Positions 8,863 through 18,726 of a stretch of 62,686 bases of DNA are shown piece after piece. The DNA is from Gammaproteobacteria bacterium. GTDB taxonomy: Bacteria > Pseudomonadota > Gammaproteobacteria > JBBQDK01. The stretch spans positions 1 to 62,686 of the forward strand of contig JBBQDK010000001.1 in the NCBI GenBank assembly GCA_038319625.1, read 5' to 3'. How positions within the stretch are numbered: the first letter of the stretch is position 1; every line of letters begins with the position of its first letter. The translations under genes were made by a program, and so were the position numbers. The notes beneath the pieces are model-generated. The model was not told the DNA's origin and did not search any database. It saw only the letters and a program-made list of their open reading frames with translations.

Positions 8863-10226
8863 GCACGACCCACATTCTGATCGTCGATGACGAACCTGAC
8901 ATCCGCAATCTGCTCAAGGAAATCCTCGAGGACGAAAGTTACGAGGTAACGGCGGTGGACAGTGCCGAGAGCGCGCGCGCCGCGCGGCGGGTACGGCGTC
9001 CCGATCTGGTGCTGCTCGACATCTGGATGCCCGACGTCGACGGCATCACCCTGCTCAAGGAATGGGGTGCGAGTGGTGCGCTACCCTATCCGGTAATCAT
9101 GATGTCCGGTCATGGCACTGTAGAAACCGCTGTCGAGGCCACGCGTCTCGGTGCCTACGATTTTATCGAAAAACCACTCTCGATGGCCAAACTCCTGCTG
9201 ACCGTACAGCATGCCCTTGAAGCCGACAAACTCCACAAGGAAAACCTCGGCCTGCGCCGTCAGGTGCAGCCACTGGCGGAACCGATCGGCAAGAGTGTCA
9301 TGATGCAACGGCTGCGCGAACAGGTACGACGCATCGCCCAGCACGAGACCTGGGTACTTATCAGTGGTGAGCCGGCCAGCGGCAAACATACCTTCGCGCG
9401 CTACCTGCACTCCAACAGCGCACGCCGCGATGGACCTTTCGTGGAAGTTGGCGCGGCCTCGATCGCCACTGAGAATTCCGCAGTGGAACTATTCGGCAGC
9501 GAAGATGCGGCCGGTGTGCACTACGGCCTGCTGGAACAGGCCAATGGAGGAGTGCTGTATCTGAACGAGGTCGGCGAGATGGATATCACCACGCAGGCAC
9601 GATTGCTGAGCGCATTGCAGAATCGCCGCTTCCTGCGCGTTGGTGGCAGCCAACCGGTGCAGATCGACGTACGCGTGATCGCTTCGACCAGTCAGAATCT
9701 GGAACAGGCCGTTCACGACGGCAGCTTCCGCGAAGATCTTTACTACCATCTCAACGTGGTGCCACTGCGCATCCCGGCGCTTCGTGAACACTGCGAAGAC
9801 GTCCCCGAACTGCTGAGCTACTACGTCGGGGCCTTGGTCGAACAGGAAGGCCTGCCCTACCGGCGCTTCAGCACCGCCGCACAAAACCGTCTGCGCAACT
9901 ACCATTGGCCCGGCAGTATCCGCGAGCTCAGAAACCTGGTGCAACGCCTGCTGATACTGGGCAGCGGTGAAGAAATCGGCCTGGAAGAAGTTGAGGCCAT
10001 CCTGCAAGCCACACCGGCGCGTGCGCAGACCGGCGCCATGCAGATGTCCTTCGACCAGCCGCTGCGCGAAGCGCGCGAACAGTTCGAGCGTACCTATCTG
10101 GTGCATCAGCTGCAGGAATGCGGCGGCAGTATCGGCCGGCTTGCCAAACTATCGGGCATGGAACGCACGCATCTGTACCGCAAGCTGAAGGCGCTGGGTG
10201 TCGACGTGAAAAAGGTCAGCGATTAG
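8859..10226 (+). CDS. Sigma-54-dependent response regulator (NtrX-like; receiver-AAA-HTH)
   Basis: It has a receiver domain (ILIVDDEPDIR...DIWMPDVDG) and an AAA+ sigma-54 interaction region (GEPASGKH, GGVLYLNEVGEM). A C-terminal Fis-type HTH is present. The start overlaps the kinase stop by 4 nt. Confidence 0.85.
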   Translation: MSTTHILIVDDEPDIRNLLKEILEDESYEVTAVDSAESARAARRVRRPDLVLLDIWMPDVDGITLLKEWGASGALPYPVIMMSGHGTVETAVEATRLGAYDFIEKPLSMAKLLLTVQHALEADKLHKENLGLRRQVQPLAEPIGKSVMMQRLREQVRRIAQHETWVLISGEPASGKHTFARYLHSNSARRDGPFVEVGAASIATENSAVELFGSEDAAGVHYGLLEQANGGVLYLNEVGEMDITTQARLLSALQNRRFLRVGGSQPVQIDVRVIASTSQNLEQAVHDGSFREDLYYHLNVVPLRIPALREHCEDVPELLSYYVGALVEQEGLPYRRFSTAAQNRLRNYHWPGSIRELRNLVQRLLILGSGEEIGLEEVEAILQATPARAQTGAMQMSFDQPLREAREQFERTYLVHQLQECGGSIGRLAKLSGMERTHLYRKLKALGVDVKKVSD

Positions 10227-10229
10227 TTA

Positions 10230-10547
10230 ATGGATATCATAAAAAATCTCGAAGCCATGCTAAGTGCCGGTCAGGACAGCGCCATGCTGCGCTACACCCT
10301 CGGCAATGCCTACCTGAAGGCCGCCGATGCCCAACGTGCGGTCACGCATTTGCATGCGGCCGTCAAACTCGATCACAACTACTCCGCCGCCTGGAAGAGT
10401 TACGCCAAGGCCCTCGGCGACAGCGGCGATCCGACGGCGGCCATTCACGCCTACGAAACCGGCATCCAGGTCGCCGAAACCAAGGGCGATCTGCAGGCCG
10501 CGAAAGAGATGCGCGTGTTTTTGAAACGACTGCAGAAACCAAGCTGA
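10230..10547 (+). CDS. Small TPR-repeat protein
   Basis: This 105-aa ORF has TPR-like helices (LGNAYLKAADAQRAVTHLHAAVKLDHNYSAAW...) and is tightly linked downstream of the regulator. Confidence 0.6.
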   Translation: MDIIKNLEAMLSAGQDSAMLRYTLGNAYLKAADAQRAVTHLHAAVKLDHNYSAAWKSYAKALGDSGDPTAAIHAYETGIQVAETKGDLQAAKEMRVFLKRLQKPS

Positions 10548-10698
10548 TCACTGCTGAGTTTCCAGATTTCCCCCAACAACTGCTTCGGTAATCCCTGAAA
10601 CTGTGCGTGGCAGATAGATCGGATGTCATTCCCGACTGCGCGCCCGATCTTGACAGCACGATACCTGCAAGTGAGGCCGCAAGGCCGTGCTCAACGGA

Positions 10699-11577
10699 TC
10701 AATAGAATCCCCGCTCGCCCTCTGGTCGGACACGAAACCGTTTATAGCTCCACTGATATTGTTCAGGGTGGGCACGCACGCCGTCTTCGATCAGACGATT
10801 CAATATCGCGCCAGCCTGCTCCGGCGTGGCATTGACGAAATCTGCGGGTGCTTCGTGCATGTGCACGTGATAACCGGCGCCATGCGGCAGTCGCTCGGCA
10901 TACGTGAGTATCAATGTGGCACCCGTTTTGCGCGCCAGACGTGCGATCAACACCATGGTGTAGGCGGGCATGCCGAAGAACGGCGCGAACACCCCGCTGC
11001 CGGGATCGGGATTCTGATCGGGCAGGATACCGACCGCCTCGCCCCGTCCCAGAGCCTGATAGAGGGCGCGCACACCACTGGCATCGGTTGGTACCAGGTG
11101 CGCGCCAAGCCGGGCACGTGCTTCGCGCGACAGGTTTTCCAGCGCAAGGAGACGCGGCGGGCGATACAGCGTAGTCATCGGGTAGCGTGACGACACATAC
11201 AGGCCGGCCATCTCCCAGCAACCCAGATGCGGCGAAGCGAAAATTACACCACGACCGCGACGCTGCGCGGCATCGGCACTTTCCAGGCCGTCGACGGCGC
11301 GCAGCTTGCCGAGCAAGCGAGGTGCCGGCCAGCACCACATCGCACCCATCTCCAGGATAGTCTTGCCGGTCTCCATCAGGCTGCGTCGCACCAGGCGAGC
11401 CCGTGCGCGAACATCGAGCTCGGGATAGCAGAGAGTAAGATTAAGTGCGGTGATACGTTGCAAGGAATTGGGCAACAAGTCGAGCGCGAATCCCAGCACC
11501 ACACCCATTGCGTGCGCCACGGGCAACGGCAGTGCCGCGAACAGGCGCAGCAGCAGTTTGATCAGCCACGCGCGCAT
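10699..11577 (-). CDS. LpxL/HtrB-family lipid A (lysophospholipid) acyltransferase
   Basis: It has an N-terminal membrane anchor, the HLGCWE acyltransferase motif and a family-typical C-terminus (HPEQYQWSYKRF). The ATG at 11577 is preferred over the GTG at 11628. Confidence 0.75.
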   Translation of the reverse strand: MRAWLIKLLLRLFAALPLPVAHAMGVVLGFALDLLPNSLQRITALNLTLCYPELDVRARARLVRRSLMETGKTILEMGAMWCWPAPRLLGKLRAVDGLESADAAQRRGRGVIFASPHLGCWEMAGLYVSSRYPMTTLYRPPRLLALENLSREARARLGAHLVPTDASGVRALYQALGRGEAVGILPDQNPDPGSGVFAPFFGMPAYTMVLIARLARKTGATLILTYAERLPHGAGYHVHMHEAPADFVNATPEQAGAILNRLIEDGVRAHPEQYQWSYKRFRVRPEGERGFY

Positions 11578-11628
11578 TACGAGTAATTGCGCCGTGGCAT
11601 CTGCGCACCGTGCTTCACCCGTGCTCAC

Positions 11629-12396
11629 TCATTCCGGCAGCTGCACCGGCCCGGACCCGAGCAGCGGACGCATGGTCGACAGCAGGCTCTTGAACAGATA
11701 CTTATTGTCCTGCTCCTGCGCGGCCAGCAATTGTTTCATATGCCAGCGCTGCGTCGGCTTGCGGAAACAGGCCGGGCAATTGTCGCGGATCACCGGCAGG
11801 CCGGCGCTCTGGGCAAAATCGGCGGTCTGGCGCTCGCGCGCGTACACCAGCGGACGGATCACGCGCACATCACCGGCGTCATTGAGATAATTGGCGCGCA
11901 TGGTGCGCAGTGTGCCGCCGTGAAAGGCCGACATCAGGAAGGTTTCGGCCAAGTCGTCAAGGTGCTGGGCCAGCGCCAGCACGTTATAGCCCTCACGGCG
12001 TGCCGTGGCGTACAACACGCCGCGCTTCATGCGCGAACAGAACGCGCAATAGGACTGATTGCCCATGTGCTGTTGGGCGCGCTCCATGATTGGCTCGCCG
12101 ATCAGAAAATACGGCACCCCAAGCTCAGCCAGGTAGGGTCGCAACGGTTCAAGATCGAAACCTTCCACCTGTGGATCGACACTGGCAACGCCGACCTCAA
12201 AGCGTATCGGAGCATGGCGCTGCAGGTGCAACAGAATGTGCAGCAAGGACAGCGAATCCTTGCCGCCGGACAGCCCCAGCAGTACGCGATCGCCGGTCCT
12301 GATCATGCTGTAGTCGGCGATCGCACGGCCCACCAGCCGCAGCAACGACTTCGGCGGTCTTGTCTGGGGGGCCTGCGTTTTGAAGACGGCGTTCAT
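11629..12396 (-). CDS. ttcA: tRNA 2-thiocytidine biosynthesis protein TtcA (PP-loop ATPase)
   Basis: It has the PP-loop LSGGKDS and two CxxC motifs (CAFC, CPAC). The ATG at 12396 (MNAVFK) is chosen because the upstream extension shows no family features. Confidence 0.8.
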   Translation of the reverse strand: MNAVFKTQAPQTRPPKSLLRLVGRAIADYSMIRTGDRVLLGLSGGKDSLSLLHILLHLQRHAPIRFEVGVASVDPQVEGFDLEPLRPYLAELGVPYFLIGEPIMERAQQHMGNQSYCAFCSRMKRGVLYATARREGYNVLALAQHLDDLAETFLMSAFHGGTLRTMRANYLNDAGDVRVIRPLVYARERQTADFAQSAGLPVIRDNCPACFRKPTQRWHMKQLLAAQEQDNKYLFKSLLSTMRPLLGSGPVQLPE

Positions 12397-13040
12397 GGTG
12401 TCACGGTACCGGACAGCGCCACGGACTGGCAAGCCCCGAGCGAAGGGAATGTCCATAATGGCCACTGAAACGTAGAGCCGGCGGATGACAGCGGCAAGCG
12501 TCAGGCACAACAGGCACAGGCGCGGAAGGTCAAGCCGATCGCCTGTTGAATGAACAGCGCAATGAACGTTGCGTGATTCACGCTTGGCAGCGTGCCGGCA
12601 CAGAGCGATTCCGTCGACGATCCCAATGCCACCTATCATGTGCCTGATGACCTGACCTGGTAAGGTGATTTGCCGCGATTGGTTCAGGTTTCGGTCCAAA
12701 CCAACCTGGGCCATGCTTTTGATTTATCGGCCTGGACAGGCAATACCCGCAGCGAATTGCATTCTTCATTGATGCGGAGCAAGCTAGAGTTGCGAAGTCG
12801 CCTGAAGTGACTGAATAAAATACCAATAACATCCACTTGTCTAAGGCTTGGCGGCGCGCATCGGGTCAAGCCGTGCGAAACGTGCATGTGCAATTGTGTA
12901 AGGCCTCCAAATAGCCTACGCATGATTTTTATCGATTGATTGTGCGTTTTTTAAGTTGAGTCCGCTGTGTAGAACAGTAATGGTTGGCTTAACAGAAAAA
13001 TAAAAGAAACTTTACCGATAATCTAAAAATATACAGTTAC

Positions 13041-15191
13041 ATGCCGACATATCTGAATATGATAAATCTTTTTCGTGAATTGCCCACCGTGCGACTCGGT
13101 CTTCGTCTGACTATTGCATGGATCGCGCTGTGCTTGTCGTTGCCCACTCAAGCCCAATCGTCCTGGGCAGCGACCGACACGCGCGCGCATGCCACAGGCA
13201 GGGCGGCTTTCCGGGGATTTCTTGCGCCAAACGAGTCGCTGGATATTGTGGTAGCTCTCAAGCTGCGGAATCGTGACAAACTGGATGCAATCGTCAAGAC
13301 ACTCATCAAGCCCGGCGATCCATCTTCCAAACATTGGTTGAGCAGTCAACGGATACAAAGCGACTACGCGCCCACTACCGAAAGTGCGCAAACCGTGGCC
13401 GATTATCTGTCCCAGGCAGGCTTTACCAATGTCCAGATCGAACCGAACCGTCTGTTGATAACGGCCACGGGAACAGCTGCCGTGGTACGCAAGGCCTTTA
13501 ATACCGAGATGGCGCACTTCGTTCGCGATGGCCATGAGGGCATTGCAAACGTCAAGGATGTCCAAGTGCCTTCAGCACTGAGAGATTCGGTGCTTTCCGT
13601 GCTCGGATTGCAAACGGTGGATCGCATGCACACGATGATTCAGCCGGCCGTCAGCGTGCAGCTGACGGGCAGTGTGCATGGGATCAATCCGGTCAACTTT
13701 CCGAAAGCCTATAATGCCGCCGGTCTGCCGCCCGCGTCGACAATCACCGTTGGCATCATCACGGTAGGCGTCATGACTCAGTCCATAACGGATCTGCATA
13801 CCTTCGAGGCAAATAACGGCCTGCCGACGATCAATCCCACTGTGGTTACCACCTGGAGCGGCGGGCCAGCGTCGGATACCAGCGGAACGGCAGAATGGGA
13901 TCTCGACAGCCAGACCATCCAGGCCATGGCGGGTGGACAAGTGGCGCAGATGCTTTTTTATACCTCAAAAACATTCTCCGATTCCTATATCACGAAGGCA
14001 CTCAATAGGGCGGTTACAGACAATGTTGCGTCTGTGATCAACGTTTCGCTCGGCATATGCGAATCTTACGCGCAAGCCGATGGGTCGATGGCGGCCGACG
14101 ACCAGATATTCCAGGTGGCGATTGCACAGGGGCAAACCTTTTCGGTCAGCACCGGCGACTCAGGATCGAAGGAGTGCGGCAATCCACTAGGCTCCGTGGC
14201 AGGCGCTTCCTACCCGGCAAGCTCACCTTATGTGATCGCGGTGGGCGGCACCACGCTGTATACCGACACCAGTGGTAATTACGGTGGCGAAACCGTCTGG
14301 AGCGGTACCGGCGGCAGCCCGAGCCTGATCGAACCACAGCCCAGCTGGCAGAACGGCATCGTGCAGGGCGCGAAGCGCGGCGTTCCGGACATCGCGTTCG
14401 ATGCCAACCCCAGTTCCGGGGCGATCATCGTCGTCAATGGTCAGAATGCACAATATGGCGGCACCAGCCTGGCTTCACCACTGTTTGTCGCCAGCTGGGC
14501 ACGGATCCAGACTGCGAATAATGCCAGGCTCGGGTTTCCGGCCACCTGGATTTACAATCACGGCGCGCAAATGACGTCGGCCTTCCATGACGTGATCTCC
14601 GGCTCGAACGGGGATTACAGCGCTGCGACCGGTTGGGATTACACGACGGGTTACGGCAGCTTCGACGTCGCCGCCACTGCCTTGCTTACGCGCAGTACGG
14701 TGACCGTTAGCGCCTCACCCGCCACGATCATCACCGGCCAGTCAGTCACACTTACCGCAACAGTGACGGGTAATTCGCCTACCGGGACCGTGCAGTTTCT
14801 CGTCAATGGTGTTTCTTTCGGCTCCCCGGTACAACTGGTGAACGGTGTAGCAACGCTGACAACAAACCAGTTGACAGCGGTGGGCAACACTTCGATCAGC
14901 GCTATTTACTCGGGCGATCTCAATAATGCCGGAGGCGGTACCGTGACTACTTTTACCGAGACTGTGACACCGCCACATGACGGAGATATCAATGGCGATG
15001 GTGTGGTCAATGTGGTGGATGTCATGCTTACCGAACAAATTGCAATGGGCCAACTTGCGCCGACCACCAATCAGTTCGCGCACGGCGATGTCGCGCCGCT
15101 GGTGAACGGCGTGCCGGCACCGGATGGCAAGATCGATGCGGCAGACGTCCTTGTCATCGAGCGCAAAGCATTAGGGGCTGTGAATTTCTGA
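13041..15191 (+). CDS. Secreted S53 (sedolisin/kumamolisin-type) serine peptidase with pro-domain, Ig-like domain and C-terminal dockerin-type repeats
   Basis: It has a signal peptide, a pro-kumamolisin-like N-terminal region, and a catalytic-type AEWDLDSQ plus the serine motif GGTSLASP. An Ig-like segment follows (VTVSASPATIITGQSVTLTATVTGNSPTGTVQFLVNG...). Two dockerin-like Ca-binding repeats are present (DINGDGVVNVVDV, APDGKIDAADVLV; 14979-15188). Confidence 0.8.
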   Translation: MPTYLNMINLFRELPTVRLGLRLTIAWIALCLSLPTQAQSSWAATDTRAHATGRAAFRGFLAPNESLDIVVALKLRNRDKLDAIVKTLIKPGDPSSKHWLSSQRIQSDYAPTTESAQTVADYLSQAGFTNVQIEPNRLLITATGTAAVVRKAFNTEMAHFVRDGHEGIANVKDVQVPSALRDSVLSVLGLQTVDRMHTMIQPAVSVQLTGSVHGINPVNFPKAYNAAGLPPASTITVGIITVGVMTQSITDLHTFEANNGLPTINPTVVTTWSGGPASDTSGTAEWDLDSQTIQAMAGGQVAQMLFYTSKTFSDSYITKALNRAVTDNVASVINVSLGICESYAQADGSMAADDQIFQVAIAQGQTFSVSTGDSGSKECGNPLGSVAGASYPASSPYVIAVGGTTLYTDTSGNYGGETVWSGTGGSPSLIEPQPSWQNGIVQGAKRGVPDIAFDANPSSGAIIVVNGQNAQYGGTSLASPLFVASWARIQTANNARLGFPATWIYNHGAQMTSAFHDVISGSNGDYSAATGWDYTTGYGSFDVAATALLTRSTVTVSASPATIITGQSVTLTATVTGNSPTGTVQFLVNGVSFGSPVQLVNGVATLTTNQLTAVGNTSISAIYSGDLNNAGGGTVTTFTETVTPPHDGDINGDGVVNVVDVMLTEQIAMGQLAPTTNQFAHGDVAPLVNGVPAPDGKIDAADVLVIERKALGAVNF

Positions 15192-15439
15192 CAATTGACA
15201 TGGGCGTGGTCAGGATTCTCTGCCTGGGTTGCGCGTACACACTGTTGAACTTCGGAAATTCAGGTACTGACTGCTAGACCAAGTTTGAGTTATTGCGGAC
15301 AGCCATGGACACTTTATATCTCAACGTTCGCGCACTGTGGAATTCGAATCACGTTCATCTCACTTAAGGCATCGATGATCCTTCCCGCTACCGAAAAGCA
15401 GTTGGTACATTCCAATGGCAGGACAGCCTATCCCAATCC

Positions 15440-16025
15440 TCGTTAGCAATGTACGGCGGCGCACGGCCTTTCTATAACAGCTCTGTTGGCGCCAAGCTGA
15501 TTTGGCTCAGGTGAACGAGTATATTCTTGATCACCACCGGGCCTTCACTGTATGCGATGAACTTAACGGTGCCAGCGCAGGCGCTGTACGTCACAACATC
15601 AATTCTGAACACCCGCTTGAGGTGCTGCGCCCGGGTCATGGCTGCGTGATGTTCGGCAGATGTCAGTCCTTAATCGTGCACTTTGGTTTTTTTGCACATA
15701 TCGCATTTGGCCGACGTCGCCAGCGCACGACACGTGCTGTTCGGGACGAATACTCCGTGAAATATTCATCGGCAATGAACCTGGACAATCGCAGATTGCC
15801 CGAAGGGTGAGCAACTGGGATGTTCCGCCTCAAAGCGTGCCTGATCGACTCTTGAAAATGATGGCATGCTTTGGGTTTCGTGAATGGAGTCTGCATAGAC
15901 GCAGAAAACGTGCCCGCCAGCAATCCGGGATGCCGGAAAATTCCGGTCAGGAATATTTTATGATGAGGAAACTGCCTCCTGAATTTCAGTTTACAAATGT
16001 TCACAATTGAATCAGAGGGAGCCAA
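15440..16025 (-). pseudogene. Decayed C-terminal relic of an IS91-family transposase
   Basis: The minus-strand translation gives ...LTGIFRHPGLLAGTF... and, after a stop, MTRAQHLKRVFRIDVVTYSACAGTVKFIAYSEGPVVIKNILVHL. This matches the conserved IS91 C-terminus (LLKRVFxIDxxxCPxCGGxMxxIAxIxxPxVIxKILxHL). The region is interrupted by stops, and the CxxC motif is lost. Confidence 0.5.
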
Positions 16026-16504
16026 GTCGGACTGTCAATCGACATGCGCAATAGAACAGGAATAACATCCGACGACGGTAAAACGGTCAATTGGCAGCGC
16101 ACCAATTGCCACTGCGTCATGGCATGACCAACTGAAAATGATGCCTGTAATGAATAATGAATGTTCGATGGACACAATTAACTTTGCACAGCCTGATTTT
16201 CTGTCAGTCATAAAGGATACCTGTAATATAGGCGCAGAGGTGCATCAGACATCACAATACGCATTGCTTGAATAGTACTTGTTACACGCATTGGTATGCA
16301 GTGTATCAGTCAGAATTGTTTCTGACAGATACAAGAACAATGGCCAGGTCGGACCTGTTATAAGACATTACATATCGTGGTTATGTGTAAGTGTTGAGCT
16401 GCGTAGACGACAACATAAGTAAAAGTTATGGGCATTAAATTCATTCGATTTCTATCCCTGTTGTTGTTTCGAAGTGATGCTCAATGGCGTTGGTTTCCGA
16501 AATA

Positions 16505-16513
16505 TGCTATAAT
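16505..16513 (+). promoter_or_regulatory. Possible extended -10 promoter element (TGcTATAAT) for the DUF4398/OmpA operon
   Basis: An exact TATAAT at 16508-16513 is preceded by TGc and lies in an AT-rich region about 145 nt upstream of the ATG at 16657. No good -35 element is present. Confidence 0.3.
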
Positions 16514-16656
16514 AGCTTCTACTTGCTTGATGAAGAACGCCTGCCATCGTGCATCAATTCAGAGCGCCGTCGTATTCAGCGCTCGCGCCAAGTCAGCCCG
16601 TCTCGGGGCAATCACTTCACTCACTTTAACGACTTTACCCACTTCGGAGGGATGTT

Positions 16657-17043
16657 ATGCGCCAGCAAGGAAATTGGTTGTTCTTACGTATGTTTGCGAT
16701 TCCCGCTGTTACCGCCGCGCTGCTAACCGGCTGCGCCACCACGCACCTGCCTCCGACTGCGCAGATTGCCTCTGCCGAGCTGGCCGTTCGCCAGGCTGAA
16801 GATGGGCATGCGCGCGACTACGCGCCATTGGAATTGCGGTTTGCCAACGATAAGCTGCAAAGCGCAAAGACCGCCGTTCAGAGTGGTGACGATGATCGCT
16901 ACCCTGAAGCCGGCCGTCTCGCCGATGAGGCACTGGCAGATGCGCGTTTGGCCGATGCAAAATCGCGCACCGCAATTGCCGAGAAGTTAGAGACCGACAT
17001 GCAGAAATCTCTCGAGGCACTACGTCGGGAAGCCACGCGTTAA
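16657..17043 (+). CDS. DUF4398-domain lipoprotein
   Basis: It has the lipobox LLTGC and a GGAGGG RBS. The helical DUF4398-like sequence (ELAVRQAEDGHARDYAPLELRFANDKLQSAK) is present, and the pairing with a downstream OmpA-family gene is typical. Confidence 0.75.
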   Translation: MRQQGNWLFLRMFAIPAVTAALLTGCATTHLPPTAQIASAELAVRQAEDGHARDYAPLELRFANDKLQSAKTAVQSGDDDRYPEAGRLADEALADARLADAKSRTAIAEKLETDMQKSLEALRREATR

Positions 17044-17084
17044 CTTGACGTGCCATGCCACCCTTTGCGTAAAGGAGTTGATAA

Positions 17085-17885
17085 ATGAAACCCACCAATA
17101 TCGCCATACTGTCTGTTGCCAGCCTTGCATTTGCCCTTTTGCAAGGCTGTGCATCTATTCCGAAGTCGCAGGCCATGGATAACGCCCGTACTACCTATAC
17201 TCAGGCCGAAGGTAACGCCGATGTGCAGAAATATGCCACGGTAGACCTCTATGACGCCAAACTGGCATTACAGAAGGCCGAGCGCGCCAAAAACCTGCAT
17301 GACCAGGAGCATCTTGCGTATCTAGCCAAGCGCCAAGCCGAAATCACGCTGCTCGTCGCCAAGCGTAAAAACCTGGAGGCCAGCTTGGGAAGTATGTCCG
17401 CACAGCGCGATCAGATGCGCATCGAACTACGCGGCAAGGAAGCGCATTCGGCGCGCCTCGATGCTCAGGCGGCCAACAGCCGTGTACAGCAATTGGAAGC
17501 AGAGCTGGCGAATGCCAAGAAAACCGACCGCGGTCTGGTGCTGACGCTCGGCGATGTGGTGTTTGAAACCGGCAAAGCCAATCTTGCCCCGGGCGCCGCG
17601 CGCACAATCGATAAACTGGTCGCCTTCCTCAACGCCAACCCAAGTCGACGCGTTGCTGTCGAAGGGCATACGGACAGTCGCGGCAGCGATGACAACAACA
17701 TGGATTTATCACGTCGCCGTGCCGAAGCCGTAGCCAATTCGATTATCAGCGGCGGTATCGCGCGTGACCGCCTGACGATACGCGGCTTTGGCGAGACCAC
17801 CCCGGTCGCCAACAACAATACCGCTGTAGGTCGACAGCTTAATCGCCGTGTCGAGATTATCGTGCTGGCCGCCGGCAAAGTGTGA
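17085..17885 (+). CDS. OmpA-family lipoprotein (DUF4398-like N-terminus, OmpA C-terminal peptidoglycan-binding domain)
   Basis: It has the lipobox LLQGC and an AAGGAG RBS. The OmpA_C motifs are present (VVFETGKANL, GHTDSRGSDDNNMDLSRRRAEAV, NRRVEI). Confidence 0.85.
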   Translation: MKPTNIAILSVASLAFALLQGCASIPKSQAMDNARTTYTQAEGNADVQKYATVDLYDAKLALQKAERAKNLHDQEHLAYLAKRQAEITLLVAKRKNLEASLGSMSAQRDQMRIELRGKEAHSARLDAQAANSRVQQLEAELANAKKTDRGLVLTLGDVVFETGKANLAPGAARTIDKLVAFLNANPSRRVAVEGHTDSRGSDDNNMDLSRRRAEAVANSIISGGIARDRLTIRGFGETTPVANNNTAVGRQLNRRVEIIVLAAGKV

Positions 17886-17908
17886 TACCGCAGCCGCAAC
17901 AATGACAA

Positions 17909-17933
17909 GGCCCGCCATCTGGCGGGCTTTTTT
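17909..17933 (+). terminator. Rho-independent terminator
   Basis: The stem gcccgcc/ggcgggc has a 4-nt loop and is followed by seven T residues, directly after the OmpA-family gene. Confidence 0.75.
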
Positions 17934-18297
17934 TGTAATAGCGGGGACGCGACACGTAATTACCGGTGTTGCCGCTGAAGAAACAATCCGAAACAGGATT
18001 TTACTCATACGTCAGAAATTGAAGCTCCTGAACCTAATTCGTGCCACCTGACAGGCCTGGTAGGACACGGGTCATCTGCCATTTTCATGTCTTAGTCGGT
18101 GAACGCCTGGACCACCAGCCGGAGCAAGAATTTGAGTAGCTTGATCTGCTGGCCCTGTGTTTTCAGAACAGCACTCAATTTTGTCGCAGGAGTTGACTGC
18201 ATCACGGATCGGCAAACACCCGGACGACCGAAATGTCTATAATGATGACAACAACGTAGCACCGACGCCCGGTGCATATCAATCACAGGTGGTCGTT

Positions 18298-18726
18298 ATG
18301 ACGGAAGCGACAGTGCACAGCATCACCCCGGAACAGGCCTGGAAGACCATAGAGGAAGATCCACGCGCGGTACTGATCGATGTGCGCTCCAACATGGAAT
18401 ACCTGTTTGTCGGTCATCCGAAGGGCTCCATCCATGTCTCCTGGATCGATGAACCCGACTGGACTATCAACCCACATTTCGCGGTAGAGGTACGCAAGGT
18501 ACTACTCGGCGGAGTGAATTGCGTGGACGATGCCGGCTGCGCACCGGTGCTGCTGATCTGCCGCAGCGGCAAACGCTCGCTGGAAGCGGGCAAGGTATTG
18601 CTCAAGGGAGGTTTCAAGGAAGTCTTCAATATCGAAGGTGGTTTCGAAGGCGAACTCGACGAACAGCACCACCGCAGCCATGTCAATGGTTGGCGCTTTC
18701 ACGGTCTGCCGTGGGAACAGTGCTGA
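18298..18726 (+). CDS. Rhodanese-like domain protein
   Basis: It has the active-site loop CRSGKRS and a rhodanese-fold context (VLIDVRSNMEY...). The start is set at the ATG at 18298 (MTEATVH). Confidence 0.8.
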   Translation: MTEATVHSITPEQAWKTIEEDPRAVLIDVRSNMEYLFVGHPKGSIHVSWIDEPDWTINPHFAVEVRKVLLGGVNCVDDAGCAPVLLICRSGKRSLEAGKVLLKGGFKEVFNIEGGFEGELDEQHHRSHVNGWRFHGLPWEQC

